IMG/VR virus record: IMGVR_UViG_3300030508_000060
Location: 1-29,112 of that record
Direction: 5' to 3' (one strand)
Source of the DNA: a virus
Taxonomy: Duplodnaviria; Caudoviricetes
DNA: 29,112 bases
The position numbers and the translations under genes were made by a program. Of this stretch, positions 16,776-24,622 are shown in pieces; within the stretch, counting starts at the first letter, position 1, and each line of letters opens with the position of its first letter. The notes below the pieces were generated by a model. That model ran no database searches. It was not told where the DNA came from and was given only the letters and a program-made list of their open reading frames with translations.

Positions 16776-17237
16776 ATGAGAGCTGCTAGATGGTCACATA
16801 AACAATACGCAACTACCAGGCAAGGCAAGGCTGAGGCTGCTGCAAAGCCACACGTCACAACCGCAGACGCTATCGCACCTTACCGCAGCAAATTGGAGAT
16901 GTCATTCGCTGTCGAAATCCTCCCGGCGTGGGTCAAGGCTGGTAAGATCACAGGGTGGCGTCACGAAGCAATGGCAGTCGTTCTTGGGGGGCAAGGCCGA
17001 GATTGCACACGCTACACTCCCGACTTTGTCGTATTCGGCCTTGACGGGCATCATGTATCGTTGATCGAGGTTAAAGGCCCAATGGCGTCACAGCGCGACG
17101 ATGCGAAGGTCAAGTTTCGAACCGCACCTGATATATGGCCGTGCTGGCGGTGGTATGTGGCGGAAGGGACACGAAGAGGCCGCACAGGCCCGGTTACGTG
17201 GGATATACGAGAGATTAAGCGTAGCGTAGGTGAATGA
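16776..17237 (+). CDS. PD-(D/E)XK nuclease (DUF1064-like, putative resolvase)
   Basis: YRSKLE ... YTPDF ... IEVKG; GGAGG RBS at 16763-16767. Confidence 0.75.
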   Translation: MRAARWSHKQYATTRQGKAEAAAKPHVTTADAIAPYRSKLEMSFAVEILPAWVKAGKITGWRHEAMAVVLGGQGRDCTRYTPDFVVFGLDGHHVSLIEVKGPMASQRDDAKVKFRTAPDIWPCWRWYVAEGTRRGRTGPVTWDIREIKRSVGE

Positions 17238-17243
17238 GCTTTC

Positions 17244-17282
17244 AACCGCTCCCCGGATACTAATTTTATCCAGGGAGCGGTT
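17244..17282. terminator. Long stem-loop, probably a terminator between convergent units
   Basis: AACCGCTCCCCGGATA-ctaattt-TATCCAGGGAGCGGTT. Confidence 0.6.
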
Positions 17283-17421
17283 ATATGTCACCTGACTTAA
17301 ACGCGCCGGAAGCCCCACGGATTAATCCCGGCGGTTAGGCGCGTTTGTCCGTGAGCAATTTATTGCGCCGTAGGCCGACTGACTACCCAAAAATATATTT
17401 TGCATAAAGCGTAAAAACTGC

Positions 17422-17459
17422 TTGACACTACTGTAGGTAGATGGTATACTATCTACAGT
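17422..17459 (+). promoter_or_regulatory. Consensus promoter with overlapping palindrome, inside the IS
   Basis: TTGACA (17422-17427), 17 bp, TATACT (17445-17450); inverted repeat ACTGTAGGTAG / CTATCTACAGT (17430-17459). Confidence 0.8.
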
Positions 17460-17483
17460 TACATCAACAAGGAGCCGCGAACA

Positions 17484-17780
17484 ATGACTACCGAAACACA
17501 ACTAACAGGGTCCGAAAAGCAGATAGCATGGGCGACTGAAATCCGCACCAACCTACTCGCCGGATTTGCGGACCTGATCGCCGTAACCAAAAACGCCGCC
17601 GAAACCGCCCGCCAGACAGGCAGTGCAACGGAGGAAAACATCCAAAAGGCCATCGCGCTTGTTGAGTCTCGTATATCTGACACGCTCGCCATTAACAAAG
17701 CCTCTTGGTGGATCGACAACAAGAGTTACTCGGCCCGCGCAATAGTCGGCATCGCAATGCGAGACGGCTACACAAAATAA
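17484..17780 (+). CDS. Passenger gene 1: phage-type protein with LTGSEKQIAWA..IR and ASWWIDN motifs
   Basis: AAGGAG RBS 17469-17474; motif pair recurrent in small mobile-element proteins of unknown function. Confidence 0.8.
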   Translation: MTTETQLTGSEKQIAWATEIRTNLLAGFADLIAVTKNAAETARQTGSATEENIQKAIALVESRISDTLAINKASWWIDNKSYSARAIVGIAMRDGYTK

Positions 17781-17797
17781 CCAAAAGGACAAAACCA

Positions 17798-17977
17798 ATG
17801 ACTCTCTACGTACACCAACTCGACCTTATGACTGACGACATGCCAGACGAGGGCATGATATTTAAAACACTCATCGACCAGCACACTGCGGATAGTAATG
17901 ACGAATGCATGGCCTGGTTTTACGAGCACTATGACATCAATGACTATGCCGCAAGTTTTACGGAGCCTATTAACTAA
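17798..17977 (+). CDS. Passenger gene 2: 59-aa acidic protein
   Basis: AAAGGA RBS; 13 D/E versus 1 K and 0 R; its TAA overlaps the tnpA ATG (TAATG). Confidence 0.7.
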   Translation: MTLYVHQLDLMTDDMPDEGMIFKTLIDQHTADSNDECMAWFYEHYDINDYAASFTEPIN

Positions 17978-18366
17978 TGGATTACATCCGCGACGAGCAC
18001 CGCGTCCACCTCATGTGCTACCACCTCGTGTTCTGCCCGGCCAGGCGAAAGAAAGTCCTGGTCGGGGACATAGCCCGCGATTGCGACCAACTCATTCGCG
18101 CCAAGTGCGAAGCCAAAGGCTGGATTATTGCCGAACTTGCCGTACGCCCCGATCATGTCCATTTATTTGTGCAGGTGTATCCAACCACCCCCGCAACCGA
18201 TGTACTCAAAGAGGTCAAAGGTGTAACCTCCCGCGAACTCAGACTCAAGTACGCGACATTGCTTAAACTGCCGTCCCTTTGGACTCGTTCATATTTTGCG
18301 GCCACAGCGGGCAACGTTTCAGCGGCAACGATTGCGAAATACATCGCCGCGCAAACCGGCTTTTAA
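17977..18366 (+). CDS. tnpA: IS200/IS605 Y1 (HUH) transposase
   Basis: YHLVFCP.RR, PDHVHLF (HUH), KG.TSR, LWTRSYF, catalytic YIAAQ. Confidence 0.95.
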   Translation: MDYIRDEHRVHLMCYHLVFCPARRKKVLVGDIARDCDQLIRAKCEAKGWIIAELAVRPDHVHLFVQVYPTTPATDVLKEVKGVTSRELRLKYATLLKLPSLWTRSYFAATAGNVSAATIAKYIAAQTGF

Positions 18367-18439
18367 CAGCCAACTCGCAGAGACTTCTCGCGCCCATCAA
18401 AGCGTGAGAAGCCTCGCCCATTTATGGGCAGTGGAGTTT

Positions 18440-18640
18440 TCACTTCTTCCGTGGGCCACGAACACGGGGCGACGAAAGGTATTGTAACAGGCTATTGCGA
18501 TCAACTAAGTATTCTCGACCGGGACGCCGAGCTAATATACATTTGTCGTATATTAACTTCCTAATCCCGTTCTGAGATCGTTTCGATAGTTCCGATGCTT
18601 GCGGAACTGTCAGCTCGTCGTTCGGCTTATCACGCGGCAT
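18440..18640 (-). CDS. Excisionase/MerR-like winged HTH DNA-binding protein
   Basis: LTVPQASEL....NGIRKLI....I.ARRPGREYLV; basic tail RGPRKK; GGAGG RBS on the minus strand. Confidence 0.75.
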   Translation of the reverse strand: MPRDKPNDELTVPQASELSKRSQNGIRKLIYDKCILARRPGREYLVDRNSLLQYLSSPRVRGPRKK

Positions 18641-18680
18641 TGACTAATTCCGCCTCCAGCTTTTCTGTTATCGATGCTTT

Positions 18681-18728
18681 ATTATAGCAGGTGTTAATGC
18701 GTTTGTCAACATTAATATGTTGACAAAC
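18681..18728 (-). promoter_or_regulatory. Consensus promoter for the HTH gene with a perfect 12-bp inverted repeat
   Basis: Minus strand TTGACA (18709-18704), 17 bp, TATAAT (18686-18681); GTTTGTCAACAT-taat-ATGTTGACAAAC at 18701-18728. Confidence 0.75.
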
Positions 18729-18754
18729 AAAAATAAAAAATATTTTCACGGATA

Positions 18755-18782
18755 TTGTATTTATTTGAGACGCTGGTATAAT
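18755..18782 (+). promoter_or_regulatory. Putative late promoter
   Basis: TTGTAT, 16 bp, extended -10 TGgTATAAT, upstream of the packaging genes. Confidence 0.55.
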
Positions 18783-18929
18783 ATAACTACTGTACACCGT
18801 CAATTATGCGTTGCAAGTCTATCGCATATTGGCCTATAAGACCGTTGCCGGGCGGTATATCCCTGAGCCGATGGCTGCCGCGCCCGCGGGTTTCGCCTTT
18901 TTGCGCCCTCTTTATCGCCAACAATTACT

Positions 18930-19271
18930 ATGCCTAAATCACGGATAAAACGCGATAACCGAAAAACTGCCCTCTCAAACGCGATTAAACGGCAGCTTAA
19001 CGGCAGATATACTAACCCTGCCACATCCAGGCGGGTAATCGAAATCGCAGAACGTATCACACGTCAAGAAGCAAAAGTCATCGCAGCGGCAACCGACACC
19101 GTTGTAGACTGGGACAAACGCGAATATGCGCGTAAACAAGGACTCAGGCAACCTAGCTTCGCCAAACCTTTTTCTGGTCGATCACTCGTAACAGTCACAC
19201 CACTCGACTCCCTAACCGAATCCGAACGAAAATCTAAACTTATCCGCAAGCCTGACCACTGCCTTGTATAG
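18930..19271 (+). CDS. Basic hypothetical protein preceding TerS
   Basis: 113 aa, Arg/Lys-rich; no clear RBS. Confidence 0.5.
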   Translation: MPKSRIKRDNRKTALSNAIKRQLNGRYTNPATSRRVIEIAERITRQEAKVIAAATDTVVDWDKREYARKQGLRQPSFAKPFSGRSLVTVTPLDSLTESERKSKLIRKPDHCLV

Positions 19272-19279
19272 GTGCAAAC

Positions 19280-19792
19280 ATGGGACTAAACTCAAAACAA
19301 GAGGCGTTTGTCAATTATTATCTCGGCGAAGCCAAGTTTAACGCTACCAGGGCCGCACGCTTAGCCGGTTATGGTTCGCCGCATAGTTACGGCCAGCAGC
19401 TCTTGGAGAACATTGACGTGCACGCACGCGTGCAGGAACGGCTGTCTGAACTGCAATTGTCGGCAGATGCGGTACTGATAGGACTCGCTGCTCAGGCCAA
19501 TTCCGACATGTCTGCTTTCGTGGACCATAAAGGGAAAATTGACGTCACCACGCCTTGGGCTAGGGAAAACCTTAAACTGGTAAAACGCTATAAGACCAAG
19601 GTTATGGCCTGCGGTGAGGGCGAGATATTGGAAACGGAAGTCGAGCTCTATGACGCACAGGCGGCGCTTGTCGCTGTCGGTCGCGCTCACAAACTGTTTA
19701 CCGATAAAGTCCAGGTGGAAAACGATGCTGCACTCAGTGAATTGCGCGAGTTTCTGAGCGGTAAGGCGCAAGCCAGTGGCGACACCGATTAG
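19280..19792 (+). CDS. terS: Terminase small subunit
   Basis: LNSKQEAFVNYY....FNATRAARLAGY ... LYDAQAAL..GR..KLFTDK. Confidence 0.9.
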   Translation: MGLNSKQEAFVNYYLGEAKFNATRAARLAGYGSPHSYGQQLLENIDVHARVQERLSELQLSADAVLIGLAAQANSDMSAFVDHKGKIDVTTPWARENLKLVKRYKTKVMACGEGEILETEVELYDAQAALVAVGRAHKLFTDKVQVENDAALSELREFLSGKAQASGDTD

Positions 19793-21182
19793 CCTTGACT
19801 TGGCGAAGAGGATTTGGGGCTGGTCGCCGCATTCAGACGGTCAAAGCGATTTTTTGCTTTGCCCGGCCAAGATTAAGACTGCGGCTTGTGGTAGACGTTG
19901 GGGCAAGAGCGAGAGCATGGCGATTGACATCGCGCTGTATATGCTCGAGCATCCCAACACGATACAGATGCTCATAGCCCCGACTGATGACCAGACCACG
20001 ATCATATTCGACGAGGTAAAAGACAGGCTCCTAGCAATCAAGGCTTTGAAGCCGGTCGTTAAAGAGTCCCCGTTTCGGTCTATACAGTTTCGAGACAGGC
20101 AGAGCGGCAAATATGCAACCACACTGCTGGCGAGAACCGCCAGCAGTGACGGCAAAGGGATTCGAGGCAGGAAAGCGCATCGGGTGATCGTTGACGAGGC
20201 GGCATACGTGCCCGACGACGTTATGCAGTCTGTAGTTACCCCGCTGCTGGCTGACTTTAACGGCGACATGGTACTAATCTCGACACCGGCAGGTCGAAAC
20301 CATTTTTGGTCATCGTTTCAGCTTGGCGTGGATGAGCTGCAAACCAGGTACAAATCGTTTCAGTTTCCGTCCGAGCAGAATCCGTACCTGAGCCGTGAAT
20401 ACTTGGACAATGAGCGGCTCAACAAACCGGATCGGGTTTGGCGCGTTGAGTACCTTGCAGAGTTCGCAGACGCTGAAGGACTCGTGTTCCGAAACGTCCC
20501 GGCGTGTTGCTCTGGTGACTGGGAACCGCCGCAACATCGGCGGTTATACGCTGCTGGCCTTGACCTGGCGCGATACAATGACTTTACGGTTTTGACGATC
20601 ATTGACCGCGCAACTCGTCGAGTTGTCTACCAGGATCGGTTTAACCTCATATCTTGGGATTTGCAGGTAGCTCGTATCGTTTCAATGCTCAAGCGATACA
20701 ACGACTGCCCCGTATTGGTCGAGGTAAACAACGTTGGTGATGTGGTGCTGGAAAAGCTGCAACAGGCCCAGGCCCGTGCTACCGGCTTTGAAACGACCGC
20801 ATCAAGCAAGCCGGATTTAATAGATGCCCTTGCCGTCGCCTTTGAAACTCATTCGTTAACACTGCCGGATCGCGATAAATGCGCGGTGATGGTTAACGAG
20901 TTGCAGTCATACGCATACTCGAAATCGGCAGCAGGTCGAATATCGATGTCTGCCCCTGACGGGATGCACGACGACACTGTAATTAGCCTCGCCTTAGCGT
21001 GGAGGCTGGCCCACTGCGTACCTGGAATGGGAGCTGCAGGCCCGGCTCGTGTTTATGGCGACGGTCGACAGTCCATGGAGCAGCCCGTACAAAAGCTGCT
21101 AGAAACGACTAAGCCAGTTACGTCCCGTCGCTCCGGAGCGGTTGCGGTTAACTCAAGGATCCCGGCATATACGCCGCGATAA
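19776..21182 (+). CDS. terL: Terminase large subunit
   Basis: CGRRWGKS Walker A, VIVDEAA Walker B, ISTP, EYLAEF, GLDLA, HDDTVISLALA. Confidence 0.93.
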   Translation: MATPISLDLAKRIWGWSPHSDGQSDFLLCPAKIKTAACGRRWGKSESMAIDIALYMLEHPNTIQMLIAPTDDQTTIIFDEVKDRLLAIKALKPVVKESPFRSIQFRDRQSGKYATTLLARTASSDGKGIRGRKAHRVIVDEAAYVPDDVMQSVVTPLLADFNGDMVLISTPAGRNHFWSSFQLGVDELQTRYKSFQFPSEQNPYLSREYLDNERLNKPDRVWRVEYLAEFADAEGLVFRNVPACCSGDWEPPQHRRLYAAGLDLARYNDFTVLTIIDRATRRVVYQDRFNLISWDLQVARIVSMLKRYNDCPVLVEVNNVGDVVLEKLQQAQARATGFETTASSKPDLIDALAVAFETHSLTLPDRDKCAVMVNELQSYAYSKSAAGRISMSAPDGMHDDTVISLALAWRLAHCVPGMGAAGPARVYGDGRQSMEQPVQKLLETTKPVTSRRSGAVAVNSRIPAYTPR

Positions 21183-21187
21183 TTTTT

Positions 21188-22744
21188 ATGGCAACTGACT
21201 CCCTGCGCAAAACTAAAACGCTTTCAGACATTGACGCGAAATCGCCTGGAATTGCGCCGGTTGTCGGAGAAGGCAACATATCAGGGCCGATAAAGGCAAG
21301 CCCAACACGCGAGTATGTTGCCGCCATTGGGGCGTTGTGGTATGGCCCTTATGTACGTACCCTGCCTCAATACATCGATGATCTATCAGATGAGTTTGGG
21401 GGCGATACTTACGAACGGATGATGTACGATCCGACTGTAAGTAAGTGCATAAACGACCTGCGGGTCGGCATCCTTGAAAACAGTTATGAAGTGCTCCCGG
21501 TAGAGAAACGTGACTCGGAGCAGGTTCAGAGCAGATTCGGGAAAGCTCCAAAGAACATTGACCCTAAATCGCAAGAGATTTCCAACTTTTGCGAATCAGT
21601 TTTAGATAACCTAGACCGACCTTTTGACGATTATCTATTTGAAATGCTGCTGGCGCTTGCGTACGGCAACAAGATCAGTGAGTTAATCTACCACATACAA
21701 AAAGGCGGCGTAAACGACGGCAAGCTGGTGTTACGTGACATACGCACAAAAGCGCGAGAAAACACGGCGTTTGTAGTCGATAACTTTAACAACGTTTTAG
21801 GCATTATGGGGTTTGTCCCAGGCGTTGCTTGGCCGGTTATGCCGCTATCGGTCTTGGCAGACCCGTCAAAGATGCCGAACATCCTGCCACGTGACAAGTT
21901 TGCGATCTTGTCGCACCGGCCAATCAACGGAGACCCGCGCGGTACTAGCCTGCTTCGCCCTGCTTATAACGGCTGGTGGTTGAAGCAGCAGACTTGGGGC
22001 GAGTACCTCAAGTGGTTGGTTCAGTCTGCTGGCTCTGCAATTTATGGAACAACGGCGGAGGGCGCGCAGCCTGTACCTGTCGTTAACGTGGACGGAACTG
22101 TTGATACCGTAGCACAGACGCCCGAGGAGGTCATGGTCACCCAGCTGGCCGCGTTGCAGAACGGCTCCGTAGCGGCGTTCCCGTTTGGGGCGACTGCTAA
22201 CGCGTTGCCTGTCAACCACGAGAGCGGAAAAGCGTTCGCAGAGGCGATTAGTGTATTTGATCGGCAGATAGTCAACGCGATATTAGGGCAGACGTTAGCG
22301 ACTGAGGAAGGGCAGGGGGCTGGGATCGGGAGCGGTACCGGCGCGCAAACACACGCTGACATCCTCAGTCAGATAAAGCTGTACGAGCGCAACATGCTTT
22401 GCCGTATGGTTCGACGTGAAATACTCAGACCGCTGGTGCGCTACAATTTTGGCGACGAAGCTGTCGAGTTAACCCCAAGCCTTAGCATGGGCGCTACCGA
22501 TGCCGGAGACTTCGCGGCGGATGCTTCGGCGGCGGCGTCGATAGGATACAAGCTTGATCAGTCTCAGTTTGCGGATATGGATTCGATCCTTGGTGTACCT
22601 GCGAGGAGCCCTAACTGGCAGGCTGAAGCGGCGCAAAGGCAGAGCGAAGCGACGAAGAAAAATACAAATGATTCAACCAAAAGCATAAAGTTTGACGAGT
22701 CAAGGCGTTCGTTTTGGGATTTTTGGAAACTCGAGCGCAAGTAA
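21188..22744 (+). CDS. Portal protein (DUF935/Mu gp29-like)
   Basis: Follows TerL; ALAYG..ISE, P.G.SLLRPAY..W..K, AILGQTL, TH, LVRYNFG. Confidence 0.85.
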   Translation: MATDSLRKTKTLSDIDAKSPGIAPVVGEGNISGPIKASPTREYVAAIGALWYGPYVRTLPQYIDDLSDEFGGDTYERMMYDPTVSKCINDLRVGILENSYEVLPVEKRDSEQVQSRFGKAPKNIDPKSQEISNFCESVLDNLDRPFDDYLFEMLLALAYGNKISELIYHIQKGGVNDGKLVLRDIRTKARENTAFVVDNFNNVLGIMGFVPGVAWPVMPLSVLADPSKMPNILPRDKFAILSHRPINGDPRGTSLLRPAYNGWWLKQQTWGEYLKWLVQSAGSAIYGTTAEGAQPVPVVNVDGTVDTVAQTPEEVMVTQLAALQNGSVAAFPFGATANALPVNHESGKAFAEAISVFDRQIVNAILGQTLATEEGQGAGIGSGTGAQTHADILSQIKLYERNMLCRMVRREILRPLVRYNFGDEAVELTPSLSMGATDAGDFAADASAAASIGYKLDQSQFADMDSILGVPARSPNWQAEAAQRQSEATKKNTNDSTKSIKFDESRRSFWDFWKLERK

Positions 22745-23383
22745 ATGACCGACGACTACCAAAAAGATCGCGAAAGGCGTGACCGGGAATATCTAGAAGA
22801 GCTTATTTTAGCGCTGCTTTTCTTGGTCGGTCGAGAAACCGACCTGTTATGCGGAGGACAATCAACCGTACCACAGTGGCGCGAACAAATAATTACCGGG
22901 ATCAAGGACGGTCATTCGGCAGCCCTCGCTATAGGCGCTTGTGTGGCGAACGGGTCAGATTTTAACCAATCCTCGGTAACGTTAGTTGACGAAATCGGCG
23001 GTGAAGTGATCGGTGCAGGTGAAGACAGATTCTTGGTCGATTTTGCAACAGACATCCAAACAGGCAGATATACCGACGAGGTCGGCGAGTTAAAGTCTTC
23101 GTCGATCAAGTCACGCGCAGACTTATACGCCTACAAACTGCGTGCTACTGCTATGCAGGCGTTTGTGCAGCAGTCGCCTGTTGGCACTGAGTTCGACTGG
23201 ATATTAGACGATGGAGCACATCACTGCGAGGGCAACGGCGGCATGAACTGCCCTGATATTGCTGGCAGTGGCCCTTACACGTCGGATACTATACCGACCT
23301 ATCCGGCTTCAGGCGCTACACCGTGCCTTACTAATTGCCGTTGCTCATTGGTTCGCAAGACTGATGGGTATCAGTTTGGTTGA
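22745..23383 (+). CDS. Head morphogenesis protein (Mu gpF-like)
   Basis: After portal; W.LD....HC...CP ... P.....C..NCRC motif. Confidence 0.7.
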   Translation: MTDDYQKDRERRDREYLEELILALLFLVGRETDLLCGGQSTVPQWREQIITGIKDGHSAALAIGACVANGSDFNQSSVTLVDEIGGEVIGAGEDRFLVDFATDIQTGRYTDEVGELKSSSIKSRADLYAYKLRATAMQAFVQQSPVGTEFDWILDDGAHHCEGNGGMNCPDIAGSGPYTSDTIPTYPASGATPCLTNCRCSLVRKTDGYQFG

Positions 23384-23398
23384 GTTTGGAGGTTTCAT

Positions 23399-24622
23399 AT
23401 GCCATTAAGTTTTGACCAGCGTCGTGATGTTTTATCCGCCGCTTTGTCGCGCAAGTTCGGTGAAGGGCGCGAGGATTGCAATTACGGGTACATAGATGAG
23501 ATATATGACGATTACGTCATATATGTGACGTGCTGGGACTACGACAACGACGGCGACACCAGCGACAAATGGCGCGTTGAGTACACTATCGGCGATAACT
23601 ATGCCGTTACGCTTGGCGAACCTGTCGAAGTCATCGAAACCAAGGAGTATATCGAGGCTCCTGCCGAGTTCGGGGACGCTACCGATATTCGTGATGGGTA
23701 CGTATACCGCGAAGGAAAAATCTTCGACTGCGGCACTTACCCTGACAAGGATTTTTCCTTGTCGCTTGAGGAAGCTGAAAAATACGTTAAGGATTTCAAG
23801 CCTGTGCCGTTTATGATTGCGCATAACGGGGAGCCGATCAAAAACGCTTTCCTTGAGAGCATAAAACTGGTAGGTAAAACCCTGATAGGCAAGGCAAAAC
23901 TACCAGCTGCTATAGACGAGCTTATACCTGTTAAGCGCGTTTCGTGCGGCTGGCTAAAAGACTCTAAGCGACTTTCTGAGATTTCCTTCACGCCGCGTCC
24001 AAGGATACAGGATGCGGCGTTATTTATGTCCGAACAGACCCAGGCCGCGACCCCGGCCACACAACCAAACAAGGAGACAAACAACATGGCGTTAACACTT
24101 GACCAAGTGATTGCCGCGATTCGGGGGGTTGCAGCGAAAAGCGAATCCACCACGTTTTCCTCCACGGTTGAGCAGCCCGCGAACGCGACGGGTAGCGAGA
24201 CTGAGGAGCTGAAGGCACTGCGCCTTCAATTGGCTAATGAGCGCAACAAGCGCATAGCAGGCGAGGCCGCAAATTTTGCGGCTAATGTAATTGCAGCGTC
24301 TAAAGCGCTGCCTGCCGAAGAGGCTGCTATCGTGTCTGCATATGTAATTGCCGCGTCCAACGATGAAAATCACGGCGCAGTCAATTTCAGCGGTACGGAC
24401 ATCACTGCAGTGACAGCGCTCAAAGCGCTTTTCTATGCTCGGACGCCTCACTCGCTGACCAGCGAGTTTGACTTAACCAACTTTGACAACGTCAACCTTC
24501 TCGGTTCCGTGCCTGCTGGTGTTAACTTCCAGCGCGGGAATGCTGCGAACAATGACCAGCAAAAGGTAGACGAAGCCTTCACCAAGCGAATGATTAACTT
24601 CACAAAGGAGATACCTGTCTAA
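23399..24622 (+). CDS. Prohead protease/scaffold
   Basis: Between portal/F and capsid; IF..GTY, H, VS, L.EISFTPRPRI..A; C-terminal Ala-rich coiled coil with internal RBS and ATG at 24086. Confidence 0.75.
   Translation: MPLSFDQRRDVLSAALSRKFGEGREDCNYGYIDEIYDDYVIYVTCWDYDNDGDTSDKWRVEYTIGDNYAVTLGEPVEVIETKEYIEAPAEFGDATDIRDGYVYREGKIFDCGTYPDKDFSLSLEEAEKYVKDFKPVPFMIAHNGEPIKNAFLESIKLVGKTLIGKAKLPAAIDELIPVKRVSCGWLKDSKRLSEISFTPRPRIQDAALFMSEQTQAATPATQPNKETNNMALTLDQVIAAIRGVAAKSESTTFSSTVEQPANATGSETEELKALRLQLANERNKRIAGEAANFAANVIAASKALPAEEAAIVSAYVIAASNDENHGAVNFSGTDITAVTALKALFYARTPHSLTSEFDLTNFDNVNLLGSVPAGVNFQRGNAANNDQQKVDEAFTKRMINFTKEIPV

Larger units (their letters stand above)
17292..18443 (+). mobile_element. 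IS200/IS605-family element with tnpA, two passenger genes and no tnpB
   Basis: Target TCAC 17288-17291. Left end: GAAG (17309-17312) plus imperfect hairpin CCCCACGGATTAATCCCGGCGG. Right end: GAAG (18408-18411) plus hairpin CCTCGCCCATTTATGGGCAGTGG, ending TCAC (18440-18443). Intact Y1 transposase inside. Confidence 0.75.

Noticed and set aside
16021-16776. 251-aa minus-strand ORF and other long antisense ORFs (e.g. 3780-4178, 19841-20269, 26053-26535)
   Set aside because: Shadows of well-supported plus-strand genes; no RBS or motifs.
17705-18487. A tnpB/iscB gene or fragment in alternative frames near tnpA (17898-18266, 18296-18487)
   Set aside because: No RuvC or Zn-finger motifs; only 77 nt separate tnpA from the right end.
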